A stretch of 64,000 nt of DNA from Macrostomum lignano (taxonomy: Eukaryota), in assembly GCA_002269645.1 (NCBI GenBank), contig NIVC01000149.1, positions 1 through 64,000 on the forward strand. The letters run 5' to 3'. Positions 49,301 to 62,487 of the stretch are shown in pieces. The notes below the pieces were generated by a model, which was not told the origin of the DNA, ran no database searches, and saw only the letters and a program-made list of their open reading frames with translations. Numbering within the stretch: the first letter of the stretch is position 1; every line of letters begins with the position of its first letter. Position numbers and translations under genes: made by a program.

Positions 49301-50999
49301 GTGATGTAAGCGGACACTTTGTCATCCAGGCTGTACTTCTGGTTGATGAACTGGCTGGCGTCGGCCACAAAGGGGAACACTCCGTTATAGTAGAACATGA
49401 TTGACAGCACCAGCAGCCAGAACTGCAGGCTGAACTGGCCCAAGTCCTGCAGCTTCACCCGCCGGCTCTCCTGCTGCAGCTCCTCAGTCAGGCCCATGGC
49501 TCGAACTCCGTAGACGTCGAGACCACTGACGACGCCGGCGGCAACGAAGCCAAGCAGGCAGAGGCCGACGCCGAACCAAAGCGTCCACTCCAGCCCGATG
49601 GCGTCCCGGATGTTCTCCGTCAGGAAGAAGTTCAACACGGAGCCGCAGCGTGAGAAAGCCAGCACGCAGCCGAAGGCCAGGGCCAGCTCCTTCTTGTTGA
49701 ACCAGAATGCCACCAGGCGGTTCTGCACCACCGTCAGGGAGCCATTGCCGGCGCCGAACAGCAGGCGGCCCAGCAGCATCACCGGCAGCAGGTAGTCGGT
49801 GCCGCGCAGGTGAGCTCCGGCCGCGAACGTGGACGAGCCGACCAGGCAGAGCAGCGAGAATGCAATGACCCCGGCTCGGTTTCCCAGCTTGTCCACTAGG
49901 AAGCCAGAGAAGAAGACTACCACTGCGTTAGTCCAGGCGTACACCGCGTACAGCAGGTTGTAGTTCTGCTCGGACATGCCGAGGCAGTCCCGGCAGCAGG
50001 TGGAGCTGATGTGCTCCGCCACGCCTGGCGGAGACGGAGACGGCTGCTGCTCGTCGGTGCAATTGTTGGACTGATGGGAAATGGGAACAGGCGAATGGTG
50101 GCAGGGATTGGGGGATTGCAAATATGAGTTCGGCTAGAATTATGGTATAACGATCCGGGTGCTGGAATGTTATAGGTTATGGGATCTAGGATCCTGGTTA
50201 TGGGATCTAGGATCCTGGTTATAGAATCTAGGATCCTGGTTATGGGATCTATGATCCTGGTTATGGAATCTAGGATCCTGGTTATGGAATCTATGATCAT
50301 GGTTATAGAATCTAGGATCCTGGTTATGGAATCTATGATCCTGGTTATGGGATCTATGATCCTGGTTATGGAATCTAGGATCCTGGTTATGGAATCTATG
50401 ATCATGGTTATGGGATCTAGGATCCTGGTTATGGAATCTAGGATCCTGGTTATGGAATCTATGATCCTGGTTATGGGATCTAGGATCCTGGTTATGGGAT
50501 CTAGGATCCTGGTTATGGGATCTAGGATCCTGGTTATGGGATCTAGGATCCTGGTTATGGGATCTAGGATCCTGGTTATGGGATCTAGGATCCTGGTTAT
50601 GGAATCTATGATCCTGGTTATGGGATCTAGGATCCTGGTTATGGGATCTAGGATCCTAGTTATGGGATTTGGGATTCTGGTTATCGGATCTAGGATCCTG
50701 GTTATGGGATCTAGGATCCTGGTTATGGGATCTAGGATCCTGGTTATGGGATCTAGGATTTTGGTTATGGGATCTAGGATATAGATATATAGGCATTGAC
50801 TGTAGGATCAAGGCCATAAAATTTAGCATTCTACTACAGACATGCAGATGCTATGGATACGAACTCCGAGGCTCACCCCAGTGAATGCGGACTGCAATAC
50901 GCTGGGCATGTCGAAGCAGAAATATGAGCCGAAAGTCAGCAAGCAGGTGAACACGAGCACCGTGAAGCGAAATTGTGGCTTCTCGGGGTCCCAAGCCAT
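46334..50999 (-). CDS. MFSD1: MFSD1-like major facilitator (lysosomal) transporter, 526 aa; exons 50999-50877, 50070-49246, 48033-47896, 47806-47667, 47361-47250, 46576-46334
   Basis: FGSYFCFDMPSVLQ, YNLLYAVYAWTN..FFSGFLVDKLG.R, GRLLFGAGNGSLTVVQN, ELALAFG, FYYNGVFPF, SPFLGGLI|DIIGKRG, A|ASMWPSLPLVVP..LGTALG. All five GT-AG introns are phase-consistent (total 1581 nt). Confidence 0.9.
46628..47085. repeat. C-rich array in MFSD1 intron 5
   Basis: CTCCCTCACCCACCT(T)C and CTCACTCCCCACCCAA units. Confidence 0.94.
47476..47632. repeat. 31-bp minisatellite (5 copies) in MFSD1 intron 4
   Basis: Unit AAGGTCACGCTACCTACAAACTGAACACCTG. Confidence 0.93.
48052..49192. repeat. 17-bp (with 12-bp variant) minisatellite filling MFSD1 intron 2
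   Basis: Unit GAGATGAGTTGCA(A/G)TAT. Confidence 0.97.
50172..50785. repeat. 21-bp minisatellite in MFSD1 intron 1
   Basis: Unit GGATCTAGGATCCTGGTTATG. Confidence 0.97.
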
Positions 51000-51054
51000 G
51001 GCATGAATTAAATAATTCAACTTCACCTCAAGCACGGCATCAGAGACAACCAAT

Positions 51055-51622
51055 AGGTGTCTAGCCTGATTTATACTGTACACTGGGAGTGAGGTGGGTG
51101 TCTAGCCTGATTTATAATGTACACTGGGAGTGAGGTGGGTGTCTAGCATAATTTATAATGTACATTGGGAGAGAGGTGGGTGTCTAGCCTGATTTATAAT
51201 GTACACTGGGAGTGAGGTGGGTGTCTAGCCTGATTTATAATGTACACTGGGAGTGAGGTGGGTGTCTAGCATAATTTATAATGTACATTGGGAGAGAGGT
51301 GGGTGTCTAGCCTGATTTATAATGTACACTGGGAGTGAGATGGGTGTCTAGCCGGATTTATAATGTACACTGGAAGTGAGGTGGGTGTCTAGCCTGATTT
51401 ATAATGTACACTGGGAGAGTGAAGTGGATGTCGCCTGATTTATAATGTACTCTGGGAGAGTGAAGTGGATGTCGCCTGATTTATAATGTACACTGGGAGT
51501 GAGGTGGGTGTCTAGCCTGGTTTATAATGTAAACTGGGAGTGAGGTGGGTGTCTAGCATAATTTATATTGTACATTTGGAGAGAGGTGGGTGTCTAGCCT
51601 GGTTTATAATGTACACTGGGAG
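51055..51622. repeat. 41-bp minisatellite (~14 copies) just upstream of MFSD1 ATG
   Basis: Unit GTACACTGGGAGTGAGGTGGGTGTCTAGCCTGATTTATAAT. Confidence 0.96.
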
Positions 51623-52139
51623 TAACGAACCCGACTTAAATAACCATGGTATGTCTGACTAATTACACAAGCCTGATAAACCACACTAATCTTAATAGGG
51701 AGGTGGATCGCATAGTACAAAAACATGTACATTTAGAGGAAGGCAATAAGCGCGGGTGCTTCTCTACATTTAATTAAGCTTGGAAGTCTAACATGAGAGT
51801 CAAATAACGCCCGTTAGTCAATACAGTGTCAATATCAACGAAAACTTCGGAAATGTACTTTTGTTTGCAATGCCTACACATTTCGCTCATGCAATTTAGT
51901 GCACTGTAGTGGTAGTGCCCTTTAGAAATGCAACGTGTTGATATTTTCCTATACTATGAACTAAAAGTACAAAAGCGATGCAGAGAAAAAAATACGAAAA
52001 TATTGGCTGTTTGAAAACATGAACTTCAAGGTTATAAAAAGCGTTACTTATTTGTGAAAATACAGAGTAAAGTAGCAACAGTGAGAACTTGAGAGTCACT
52101 CGAATTTAGAAAGAAACAACTTTTGGGCATAGAAACCAT

Positions 52140-52990
52140 GGATTGGATCTGGCTAAGGGATCTGGGATCGGAATTCATGTTAAGGGGTAGGAATTCGGGA
52201 TAAGGGATCTGGGATTGGAATTCGGGATAAGGGATCTGGGATCGGAATTCATGTTAAGGGGTAGGAATTCGGGATAAGGGATCTGGGATTGGAATTCGGG
52301 ATAAGGGATCTGGGATCGGAATTCATGTTAAGGGGTAGGAATTCGGGATAAGGGATCTGGGATTGGAATTCGGGATAAGGGATCTGGGATCGGAATTCAT
52401 GTTAAGGGGTAGGAATTCGGGATAAGGGATCTGGGATTGGAATTCGGGATAAGGGATCTGGGATCGGAATTCATGTTAAGGGGTAGGAATTCGGGATAAG
52501 GGATCTGGGATTGGAATTCGGGATAAGGGATCTGGGATCGGAATTCATGTTAAGGGTAGGAATTCGGGATAAGGGATCTGGGATTGGAATTCGGGATAAG
52601 GGATCTGGGATCGGAATTCATGTTAAGGGGTAGGAATTCGGGATAAGGGATCTGGGATTCGGGATTCGGGATAAGGGATCTGGGATCGGAATTCGGGATA
52701 AGGGATCTGGGATCGGAATTCGGGATAAGGGATCTGGGATCGGAATTCATGTTAAGGGGTAGGAAGGGATCTGGGATCGGAATTCGGGCTAAGGGATCTG
52801 GGATCGGAATTCATGTTAAGGGATCTGGGATCGGAATTCATGTTAAGGGATCTGGGATCGGAATTCATGTTAAGGGGTAGGAATTCGGGATAAGGGATCT
52901 GGGATCGGAATTTATGTTAAGGGATCTGGGATCGGAATTCAGAATAAACAGATCTGGGATATCCCAGATATCGGAATTCGGGATAAAGGG
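52140..52990. repeat. Composite array with 74-bp higher-order unit (27+27+20 bp)
   Basis: GGGATAAGGGATCTGGGAT(T/C)GGAATTC x2 plus ATGTTAAGGGGTAGGAATTC. Confidence 0.94.
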
Positions 52991-53153
52991 ATCTGAGAAT
53001 AAAGATAGAGGCATCAGAGATCTGAGCGGAGAGCAAAGAAAGTGATGAGCAAGATGGCAATTGCATGAAACAGGAGTAGAGAATTCAGCTTTTGTTCCAG
53101 AAATTCAGTCAAATTTTAGATTAGCTCAAAACTGACAGAATGAACCAATCAAT

Positions 53154-54838
53154 TCACTGTCCAGCCTCGCGATCCAGCTTCTCCTTCTCCATCAGAAGCA
53201 GCTCGCGAGCCTCCATAGCGGCGCCAATTAGGGCGCTAAGCTGTAGCCGGTCGGTGGCGCCGGCGCAAAGTCGCTCCTCGATGTCGGCCAGCCGGATGTA
53301 AAAGTGCGCCCGCACGGACACGGGAAAGTCCACCCGACCTGCGGATTGCACGAGATGTGAAATAAGCTTCTTTCTTTTCTCTGCTACTGTTTAGTAGGCG
53401 ATCTCTTACAAAAATATATTGGCAAGTTGGCAAACCCGATGAAAACGGTACCTAAGCCAAGAAGCGCCCCAGAGTCGTTGCAGGTAACAACAGGTAAAAT
53501 AGGATACAAGAAGAGACTCTAGACAACTCTAAAACGACGAGATGCCACGGTACAAGTCGCCAAAAAAATCGCCTAAGAGTCAATTTAAGGCATTTTATTG
53601 TCTGTGACAATGAAGCTACCCTGGGGCCGTTGAGTCGTATCTGAGGCGAGCCAGAGGCGCTGTAGAATCACTGAGTTTAGTCTAAAGCGCATCTGCGTCA
53701 CTTTATGGATTAGAATCGCATTTTAAATTTATAACTCTGTTTAGTCTACTTGAGTTAGTAGAAAGTTAAGCGTCTACACAACTTTCTGGACGACTTTTTG
53801 ATTTTTTCGCAACTCTTACGATTCTACAACTCCTGTGATGCGCTCCCAGCTCAACAGTCGCCTTTCCATCGCAATACAGTCAGTTTGAGTGGTTCAAAAG
53901 GTCACAAGAGTCGCCCTGAGTCACTGGTGAGTTGTTTGCAATGACTCTTTAGCGATGCTTGCCCTACCCAGCAGCTCGTGCAGCTCGGTGACAACGTCCA
54001 GCAGGGCGACGCCGCGGTCGGCGCACAATTCCCGGATGGCGGCGTGCGCAGCCGGGGCCTCCTCGTTCATGAGGTGCTGCAGCACCCGGCGAATGTCGGC
54101 AGGCGACGGGTGCCCGACGCAGGCGTACACGGCGGCCTCGTCGACGCCGGCTGGGAAGGCGAGCGCCGTGCTCTGCAGGATGTTCAACGCCCGGCGCATG
54201 TCGCCACCGGACAGACGGACCAGCGCCCGGCAGCCGGCCTCATCCAGGTTGGCGCCCTCGGCGACGGCGATGTCGCGGACCCGAGCGGCCACGGAGTCGG
54301 AGGGCAGCGGGGCGAAGCGGAACCGGGTGCAGCGGGACTGCAGCGCCGGGATGATCTTGGACAGGTAGTTGCACACCAGACAGAACCGGACGTTGGCTGT
54401 AAATTTCTCCATAATCCTGCGCAGCGCATTCTGCGCGTCCTTGGTCATGGCGTCGGCTTCGTCAAGGATGACCAGCTTGAAGCCGGCGCTGAACACTGTG
54501 CGCGTGCTGGCGAAGGTGAGAATCTCGTTGCGCACCACTCCGATGCCTCTCTCGTCTGACGCGTTCAAATCCAGCACCATAGTGGGGAACTCCCGCTTGG
54601 AGTAGATCTGGCCGGCAATGGCCAGGATGGTGCTGGTCTTGCCAACGCCAGCCGGACCGTAGAACAGCAGGTGCGGCAGGCGGCCCTCAGACAGGAAGCG
54701 CTGAATGGTGGACACAATGTCGCGATGGGACATGAGATCGTCCAGCTGCTTAGGCCTGTACTTTTCAATCCAGGGCAGGTTGCCGCTGCTGGCTGCCGCA
54801 TCGGCAATGCGAGATGCTGGTGTGCCTGACTCGGGCAT
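53154..54838 (-). CDS. RFC5: Replication factor C subunit 5 (clamp-loader small subunit), 351 aa; exons 54838-53968 and 53338-53154
   Basis: LPWIEKYRP, PHLLFYGPAGVGKT, LNASDERGI, TFASTRTVF, VILDEADAMT.DAQNALRR, SRC motif, GDMRRALNILQ. The phase-1 intron joins ELL-G-RVDFPVSVR, the RFC5-type C-terminus. Confidence 0.93.
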
Positions 54839-54850
54839 GGCTTCAGCTGG

Positions 54851-55245
54851 GATGAGTAGCTGAAGCAGGGAGCATACTATTCAGAGATGAGCACAGTCTA
54901 GGTGAGTAGCTGAAGCAGGGAGCATACTATTCAGATGGGCAGACTCTAGGTGAGTAGCTGAAGCAGGGAGCATACTATTCAGATGGGCAGACTCTAGGTG
55001 AGTAGCTGAAGCAGGGAGCATACTATTAAGAGATGAGCACAGTCTAGGTGAGTAGCTGAAGCAGGGAGCATACTATTCAGAGATGAGCACAGTCTAGGTG
55101 AGTAGCTGAAGCAGGGAGCATACTATTCAGATGGGCAGACTCTAGGTGAGTAGCTGAAGCAGGGAGCATACTATTCAGATGAGCAGACTCTAGGTGAGTA
55201 GCTGAAGCAGTGAGCATACTATTCAGAGATAAGCAAAGTCTAGGA
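54851..55245. repeat. 48/50-bp minisatellite (~8 copies) overlapping the acceptor region upstream of the RFC5 ATG
   Basis: Unit GGTGAGTAGCTGAAGCAGGGAGCATACTATTCAG(AG)ATG..TCTA. Confidence 0.95.
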
Positions 55246-56804
55246 TTTGTTTCTTTCATCAGGTTCAAGAAACCAATAGGCAATATTGCAATAGTACAAG
55301 CCTATAACTATTAATAACAGGAACTGAGCCAGCTGGCTTCAATTTGCAAACTTCAAATAACTGCTAAAGCTGTAAGCCTGACAATAGGTATATGATTACA
55401 ATGCTTGTGGTTCATGTATATAAGGTCATTGACTTACTGAAGGTGCAACAGATTATGTGCTTCAGCTGATATTGTAACTTAAATATATCATATTGCTTTC
55501 TTATCTAACCCATGGAGCAAAGCAATGGTCAAAATTAAGTAATATCCAAATGACAACTATATATAACAAATAGCTCTTATACATACATATGCCAATATTA
55601 TTGCATCTTAATATAGCTCATACTCATAGATATAATTTATTCTTACATGTATACATCAAGTAGGCAAGTTAAAACTTGATAATATAGATAATTATCTGAA
55701 TACATTATATATATTTATTAAAACAAATTTAATCACTATGCATTATTATAATTATATATTGAATATAATTAAATATAATATAATATAATATAATTAAGTA
55801 ATTATATATTGAAAAGAATAATAGCTTTTAATAGATTCTAGACTTGGTTCTTTTTGTAAAAAAAAGAAAATTGGAAACATATTAAAGTTATTATATATAA
55901 TATATATTTTTTGGCAAATTTGTTATAAAACAATTATTTGTTCTTTCAACTTGCATTTTCATTTTTATTTCTATATATACTACAATATATAGTTTTATAG
56001 CTATAGGTTTATAAAAGCTATATAAAATCAATGCATAAAAGTATATAGATAATGCACAGATTGTTCTCCTAAAATTTATTCCAATGCAAATTATGCCTTC
56101 CTGATTAGTACAAGCAATTGCTAGCTGACCTAGCCAATCTAGTTAGCATAAATTATGGCAAATCAAGGCTAAGTTGCAAAATTGACAACAAAAAATAAAA
56201 AACAAGATAGTAACAAAAAGATTCAAGTCAAAATGGAAAAGAGACTTAAATAGCCTAAGTTAAAAATTAATATTTTTGGTCAAAACTAAGTAAAATTGCA
56301 TGGCAAATGTAACTTTAGAGGTTTTATATAGATAGATTTAAACATTGGATAGGTCTATTTTTATTTTCTAAACCAATGCTAAAATAATGGATGATATTCT
56401 AGGGTCAGGATTTTATATCAATGTATACCAAAATGAAAATTGTTTCTGTAGCCAACAAACTTTCTATTATATACAAAAATATACCAAAATAAAAATTAAA
56501 AATTATGACTTTACAAATATAAACTGCTTGCAAAATTTTAATACTTAAAAAGCAAAAAGTAAAAACTAGTAAATTTTTTACTAAACCATATAATAGAACT
56601 AGTTCATTTTAACTATTTTTGTTTTATTTTTAACTTCTAAAATTTAGTTTTTTTTTAAGAGCCAAGAGCTATTCTTTTTTATCACAATTTAACTACTATC
56701 TATGTATATGATAACAATGCCAAATAAAAACAATCATTTTTGTTCCCTGTCCAAATGTGTACATTGATTGGAAATTAGAACTTAGTCTCACTTACTATCT
56801 CGGC

Positions 56805-57731
56805 CAGTGCTGGGCAAGTTAATCAATTTTTTTAACTCGTTAAAAGTTAAAAAGTTAATTCAATTGCTCCAAAAAAATTAACTGTAACTAGTTAATTATT
56901 TAACATTTTCTCAAAATTTTACTTCTGAAAAGTTAAAAATTTCAACTTAATAATATTAATAATATAGGGTCGCCTTTTGTTATTTAGCAAGCTCTCTCAG
57001 CCATGAAATATATGTATGAGGATGTTAATTTTAACCCTAACAGAAAAAGTGACATTTTCCTGGACATGTGTCTGGCGCATTTTTTAAATTTCAGGTCGGT
57101 GCGGCACGGCTGTGGCCAGGTCGCGGCACGCGGTGGCGCGATGCAGTGCAGGAGGTCGTGCGGCAACGCGGGAAGTTGCACGGCGGTGCGGGAGGTCGTG
57201 CGGCAGCGCGGGAAGTCGCGCGGCGGCGCGACATGGCACAGTATGGTGCAACGCGACAAGGAAATATCTATGCAGCGCGATGCGGAGCAGCGCAGCAGGA
57301 AAGGCAGAATCATTACATGTATACAACAATAACTTCTAGTAGTCCTTGGGTAGAATATCAATAGATAATAGTTGAAGATTCCAGAATCTTCCAGAATATT
57401 CTATACATTATAACTTGTAACTGAAATAATATACATATAATAGTTTGTGACACGTTAAATAATGCTTAGAAAGGCGAAATTATTTTAAGTATGTATTAAT
57501 TTTACTTTTAAATGGCATACAAGCTGTTGAAACCCGCGGATTTTGAACCCGGGGAACTCCATTTCCCGGAATTATTAACTTTTGTCATTTAACTTTAACT
57601 TACAGAAAAAAATTAATGATTTTTGTTAACTAGTTAATACATAAAAAATTTAACAAAAATTTAATGATTTAAAAAAAATTTAACTAGTTAATTAACTAGT
57701 TAAACAATTAACTAGTTACTGCCCAGCACTG
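56805..57731. mobile_element. hAT-type non-autonomous element (MITE), 927 bp
   Basis: TIRs CAGTGCTGGGCA / TGCCCAGCACTG; 8-bp TSD ATCTCGGC / ATCTCGGT (7/8); AT-rich TTAACT subterminal repeats; no transposase ORF. Confidence 0.8.
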
Positions 57732-59460
57732 ATCTCGGTAATCTTTATATGCTAAGCTATATACCAAGAAGACATGCCAAGCCTTTCTATACCCCAAGTT
57801 ATATGCCAATGGTATATTCTAGGTCTCTCTGTACACTGGAATTTTCTGGCATACATGTATATTATCTAGAGTCTAGATAGGCCCTACTATTGTTAGGGAC
57901 TCCAGTGAGGTCACTGTAAGGTTATTGAATTATATAAAAAATTGTAAAATACTATTTTTAAAATGAAATTGCAAAGCATAGAAAATGTTTTAGTAGAAAC
58001 AACAAATACACATTAAAGAAGAGTTTATACTCATTCTAATTAGATAAAGAAACAAAAAATACATACATAACATGCCAAGTAGTATCCCACTGTCTTATTG
58101 TATTTGAACTTTGTAAGTTAAGAAACTTACAAAACCAAAATTGACCGGATAGGCTGAGTCTTGACCTGATTAATAATTGAGAAGCATAGGCTAATATAAT
58201 TATAAGAGATCAATTCCTAACCAAGACTTCAATACAAAAGTGGCAAAGCCAAAGATATTCCGATATGGCAATATCTATCCTATAATTATAATTATATAGG
58301 CCTAAACTTTTTTTAGTAGGCTTTATCAAAAGACAAAAATCTGCAAAAGCAACACTACTTTTAGGCAAAATATCATAAACTATGCTATCTTATTTGTTGT
58401 TAAGAGATACCTTACCGGAATGCAGTTCATAGGCCTAGTCATTGAAACAATAATAAAATAATGCATATTTACATAGCCCTGGCCCCTGGGTCTGTTACAA
58501 TTTACAGAAAAGCGCATAAAAGTATGTTTAAATAGAATAATTTTAATGTCCCCGACTGTGTCAGTGGGGCCCGGCCGACTTGTTTCCTGGCACCTGTTAG
58601 CCTGTACTGTATGTCATGGCCATGAATTTTATGGGCTAATTCCTTAAGTGGTCTTAGTGCGCTTATTGCAGTTATGATGGAACTTGCCATGCAATTTTTT
58701 CTTTTTCTTCTAACTTAAAAAAATTGTATAAAATTTCCAGCGTTTTAACAATTAACAAAGTTAATTATTGAAGTTTTATTTCGATTTCTTAATAAAAAGG
58801 TGATAAACAGAATTCTCGAAACTTAAATGCCCTCTTACTTATTAGAAACAAAGTATAAGGATTTAGTTCATAATAAGGGTCCGGGTTGGCTACTGTCTGG
58901 TTGGCACCGTTGAGTTCATACACTCTTTGAGTTGCGTCATGTTCGTTTTGACAGGGAATAGCTTTTGAAATAAAAGCTAACCTGTAATTATCATGATTTA
59001 GCTTTACTATTAATACATACAAATACGTTGTTCCGATCCTTGAAATATCATTTTACCTATCTTCTATTAACGCTTTATTTTTTCAGTCCATACTGATATT
59101 GAATACTTGATCCATACTGTTCAAAAATTCACCAGGAGCGGTAAAAAAATGTACCGGAAGCGGATGATTGTGAACTCAACAAACAGTAATGTGAGCTCAA
59201 ATTTTTAAAAAGCCCCCTGATGTGATTGATTGAGACACTAAATGTTTTCTCCAGCACGTTGGCTTACATGTATACTTTTGGTTTTTGAGCAGAAAATGAA
59301 TTAAGCCTGCGCATGTGGCTGGTATAGGGTTTATCGGGGCAATGTTTAACGGGACGCTCATTTGCTGGTACATGATTTTTGTCAGTGTTTTTTACGTTTA
59401 CCCTCGCAGTTACTTAATAAAAAGAACTCTTTTCATATACATGAATATATCTGTGCTTGT

Positions 59461-62400
59461 CCCAGTGAAAAATGATTCATGGATTCCACGTGGGTTCCAC
59501 GTGGCCATGTGGAATTTAAATGTTTCTTTATTTTTTGCAAATTATTAACTTAAAGATGACATAATGGTATGCAAAGTATTTTTTATGCATTATTTTTTTA
59601 TTTTTACTGTCCTAATGTTGATGTGGATTTTACAAGGAATTCATGAGAAATAAGCGTATATTGATTCAACATGGAATCCACTTCGATAAAAAACTGTGAT
59701 ACACCACATTCAGACATTTTTAGGAAATTACTATAATTAATTATTACATTTATATGTTTTTAAGTTAAAATTAATATCTTAAAGCTAAATTATAATCGGC
59801 AAATGAGACACTGTTTGTTAAAATAGACAAAATAGAAGTGAACAATAAAAAACGCTTCGTGCTTTTTAAAATTAAATTTATTTTATTTTATATTCGTCAA
59901 TGTTTTGGTTCAAGGCCTTGAAAGATAAATTGCCTTGTTTATGGCTATTTAAGCACCTTAAAAATTTTAGTAGACCTAGCCTATAGGCAATAACTTATCA
60001 GGCCATAGCCTCCATGAGATTAGAAATTAGATAAATCAGTATTTTATCATAGATAGGCCTAATACTTTTGGTAAAATCCATGATAAATTTATTTAGGCCT
60101 AGGCCTCCAATTTCTAGAAATCCCATGGCCATGTCCATAGATTGGCTACTCATTTTTTTAACTTAAATAGACCTTTAGAAGTTCATAATTTCCTCTTAGT
60201 CCTACCTATTATTAGTCCTATCTATTTATATGTATGCTTATTAAGCGTATTTTAAGCTAGGCCTGCTATAACTATCAATTTAGGTCCTTCTATTTTAATT
60301 AAGGTTAGGACTAGCTTGACTTTGTGAATTGTGACTAGTCAATCTAGTTAATATGTTAAAAATCAATTAATTTATGATTTTCTTCAAAAAAGTCTGTTAG
60401 CATCTTTTGGACTTGTTGCATTTTTAAAAACAATATTATTAATTATAATAAATAATTCTTTGCAATTACACTTGCAACTTGCTTTTGGCATAGCTAGCCT
60501 AGCAGATCCCTAAGGTTGCTATTAAAAATAAAGAATGATTATTGTAAATTTGATCTGATTTAGGCCAAGTCCAGAATTTAATTTTAAGCCATAAGGCATA
60601 GCTATTTAGGCTTAGGTTAGGCCTAATGTTTAATTATACTATTTTTTTTATTAGAGGCAGGGGGTTGTGTGCACCCTGGCGCACTTTAAGCGACATAGGC
60701 ATACAACTGGCAAGAGGCATTGCTGCCTATTCCGCCGACTCCCCTAAGCAGGCACACAAGTGTGCGGATATGTATGCAAGCACACTCATACAGGAATGTA
60801 CAGCGGCCCTAGCTTTATTTATCGTTAGGCATGTATACTTCACTGTGCCTTGGGGGTTGGCTCTCAAGGCCATTAATTGCATGAGCAGAGAGCCAAGCTG
60901 AGATTCCAATTCAGCCCCAAATTAATATGACTGTACTTGGATTCGAGCTTGGGTCGCTGGCACACCAGAGCAGCTGCGCTACTACTTGGCTACGGCCCCC
61001 TTTTAATCATACTAGGCCAGCAAATATGAAAAACATGCATTGCTTTGCCTAAATACTTTATAGTCTAAAATCAATTTTAAAATAAAAAATTAAATTTATA
61101 GAAACATATATTAATTATTTTTATACTTATTATTTTAATTTTATTAATTTTATTTTATTGATTGACTTAGGTAGGGTTTTCTTTTTTGCTAGAGACAAGG
61201 TGCAAAATCATACCCTATGCTCACTTTTAGGGTTTTATGATTTTAAGGCTTAGAATGTAGTTTCTTTTTTTTCTTATATAAAGGCAATGCAAATAAGGCT
61301 TCAACATAAAAATAGGTAATGAGATCGCACCTAAACTGTATCAACTTTTTAATTTCAGTTTTCAAGGTACAATTTTAAGATTTAAGGTGCACTTGACTTA
61401 CTTGACTTAGCTGCAGGGGGCTCTGTGCATCTGGAAACAGCGAGGAGGCATTGCTGCCCATTTTGCTAACCCCTGGCGAAGGCATATGCACACTTTGCGC
61501 TAAAAAAATAAACCTAAGACTTAGGCCTAGTTAATTTTAAAATAAACTTTATTAAGTATTCATCCTTAAATTAGTTTTATGAATTATATCAATATTATCT
61601 ATCAATCTTAATTGGCAACAATTATTTTTCTATTTCATGCATGCCTAACATTACATGGCCCATCCTTAAACTTGGATGTCACCTTGGTCTTGCCTTTGAA
61701 GAAGCATGCAAAGCTACTTGGAATTGGAATTTAATATCTCGAATGCTACCTTTTGTGAAGTAATGGTAAGTTTTAGTTATAAACTGATTTTTTTCTGTCA
61801 TCAAAATCTGTTATAAGATCAAAATCTATAAAAATCTATTACAAAATCTGTTATCAATCTGTTATAAAATTCTGTAATTTAACCCCTTTCTTTTCTAAGG
61901 TTGCTCACCTGACCTGAAGAAGCAGCATTCTGGCAATTGGCAGCAGCATGTTTCTGACTGTTCTAATTCTGGTGCATTATATTATTGTTAATTAATTAAT
62001 GCTATTGACAATGTCAATTTCAAATTATATATTATATCATATGCGCAGCGCAACTTTAAAGATATCAATATCTACATCAGTGTGTTTATTCTTTGTGTGC
62101 TAGTGACTCACTACTGTACATAAATACACCTTACTTATTGATACATCCTTTTTGAATATATTTTTGTGCAGAAATATTTTTGGCTATAGCTAATGTTTTA
62201 TCTGTGTTTCAGTTTCTTTTATATGGTATTGAGATCTGGGGTTTGTATGAAATTTTGAGATCTGGTATTATTTTGAGATTTAGGATGCAACAATTTATTA
62301 TGGCAACCAGTATAATGGCTGCTTACTCAATGACAATGTGGATTCTATGTGAAATACATAATTACTTCCATGTGGATCTTCCATGTGGAATCCATATCTT

Positions 62401-62487
62401 GATTCCACATGGATGGACGGAGACAAATGCACATATGGATTTCATATGATAAATCCACATGGAATCCATATCATTTTTTTCACTGGG
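59461..62487. mobile_element. CACTA/EnSpm (CMC)-type non-autonomous element, ~3.0 kb
   Basis: ~32-bp imperfect TIRs CCCAGTGAAAAA(A)TGAT..ATGGATTCCA.GTGG; 2-bp TSD GT/GT; subterminal CCACATGG/CCATGTGG repeats at both ends; no transposase ORF seen. Confidence 0.68.
60889..61000 (-). mobile_element. tRNA-derived SINE family B head, copy 2 (nested in the EnSpm-like element)
   Basis: Reverse complement GGGGGCCGTAGCCAAGTAG..GCTCGAATCCAAGTACAGTCATATTAAT..AATTGGAATCTC matches 17061-17175. Confidence 0.65.

Noticed and set aside
58502-59022. Two short minus-strand ORFs in the AT-rich block
   Set aside because: No family motifs or consistent splice signals; could be decayed TE sequence.
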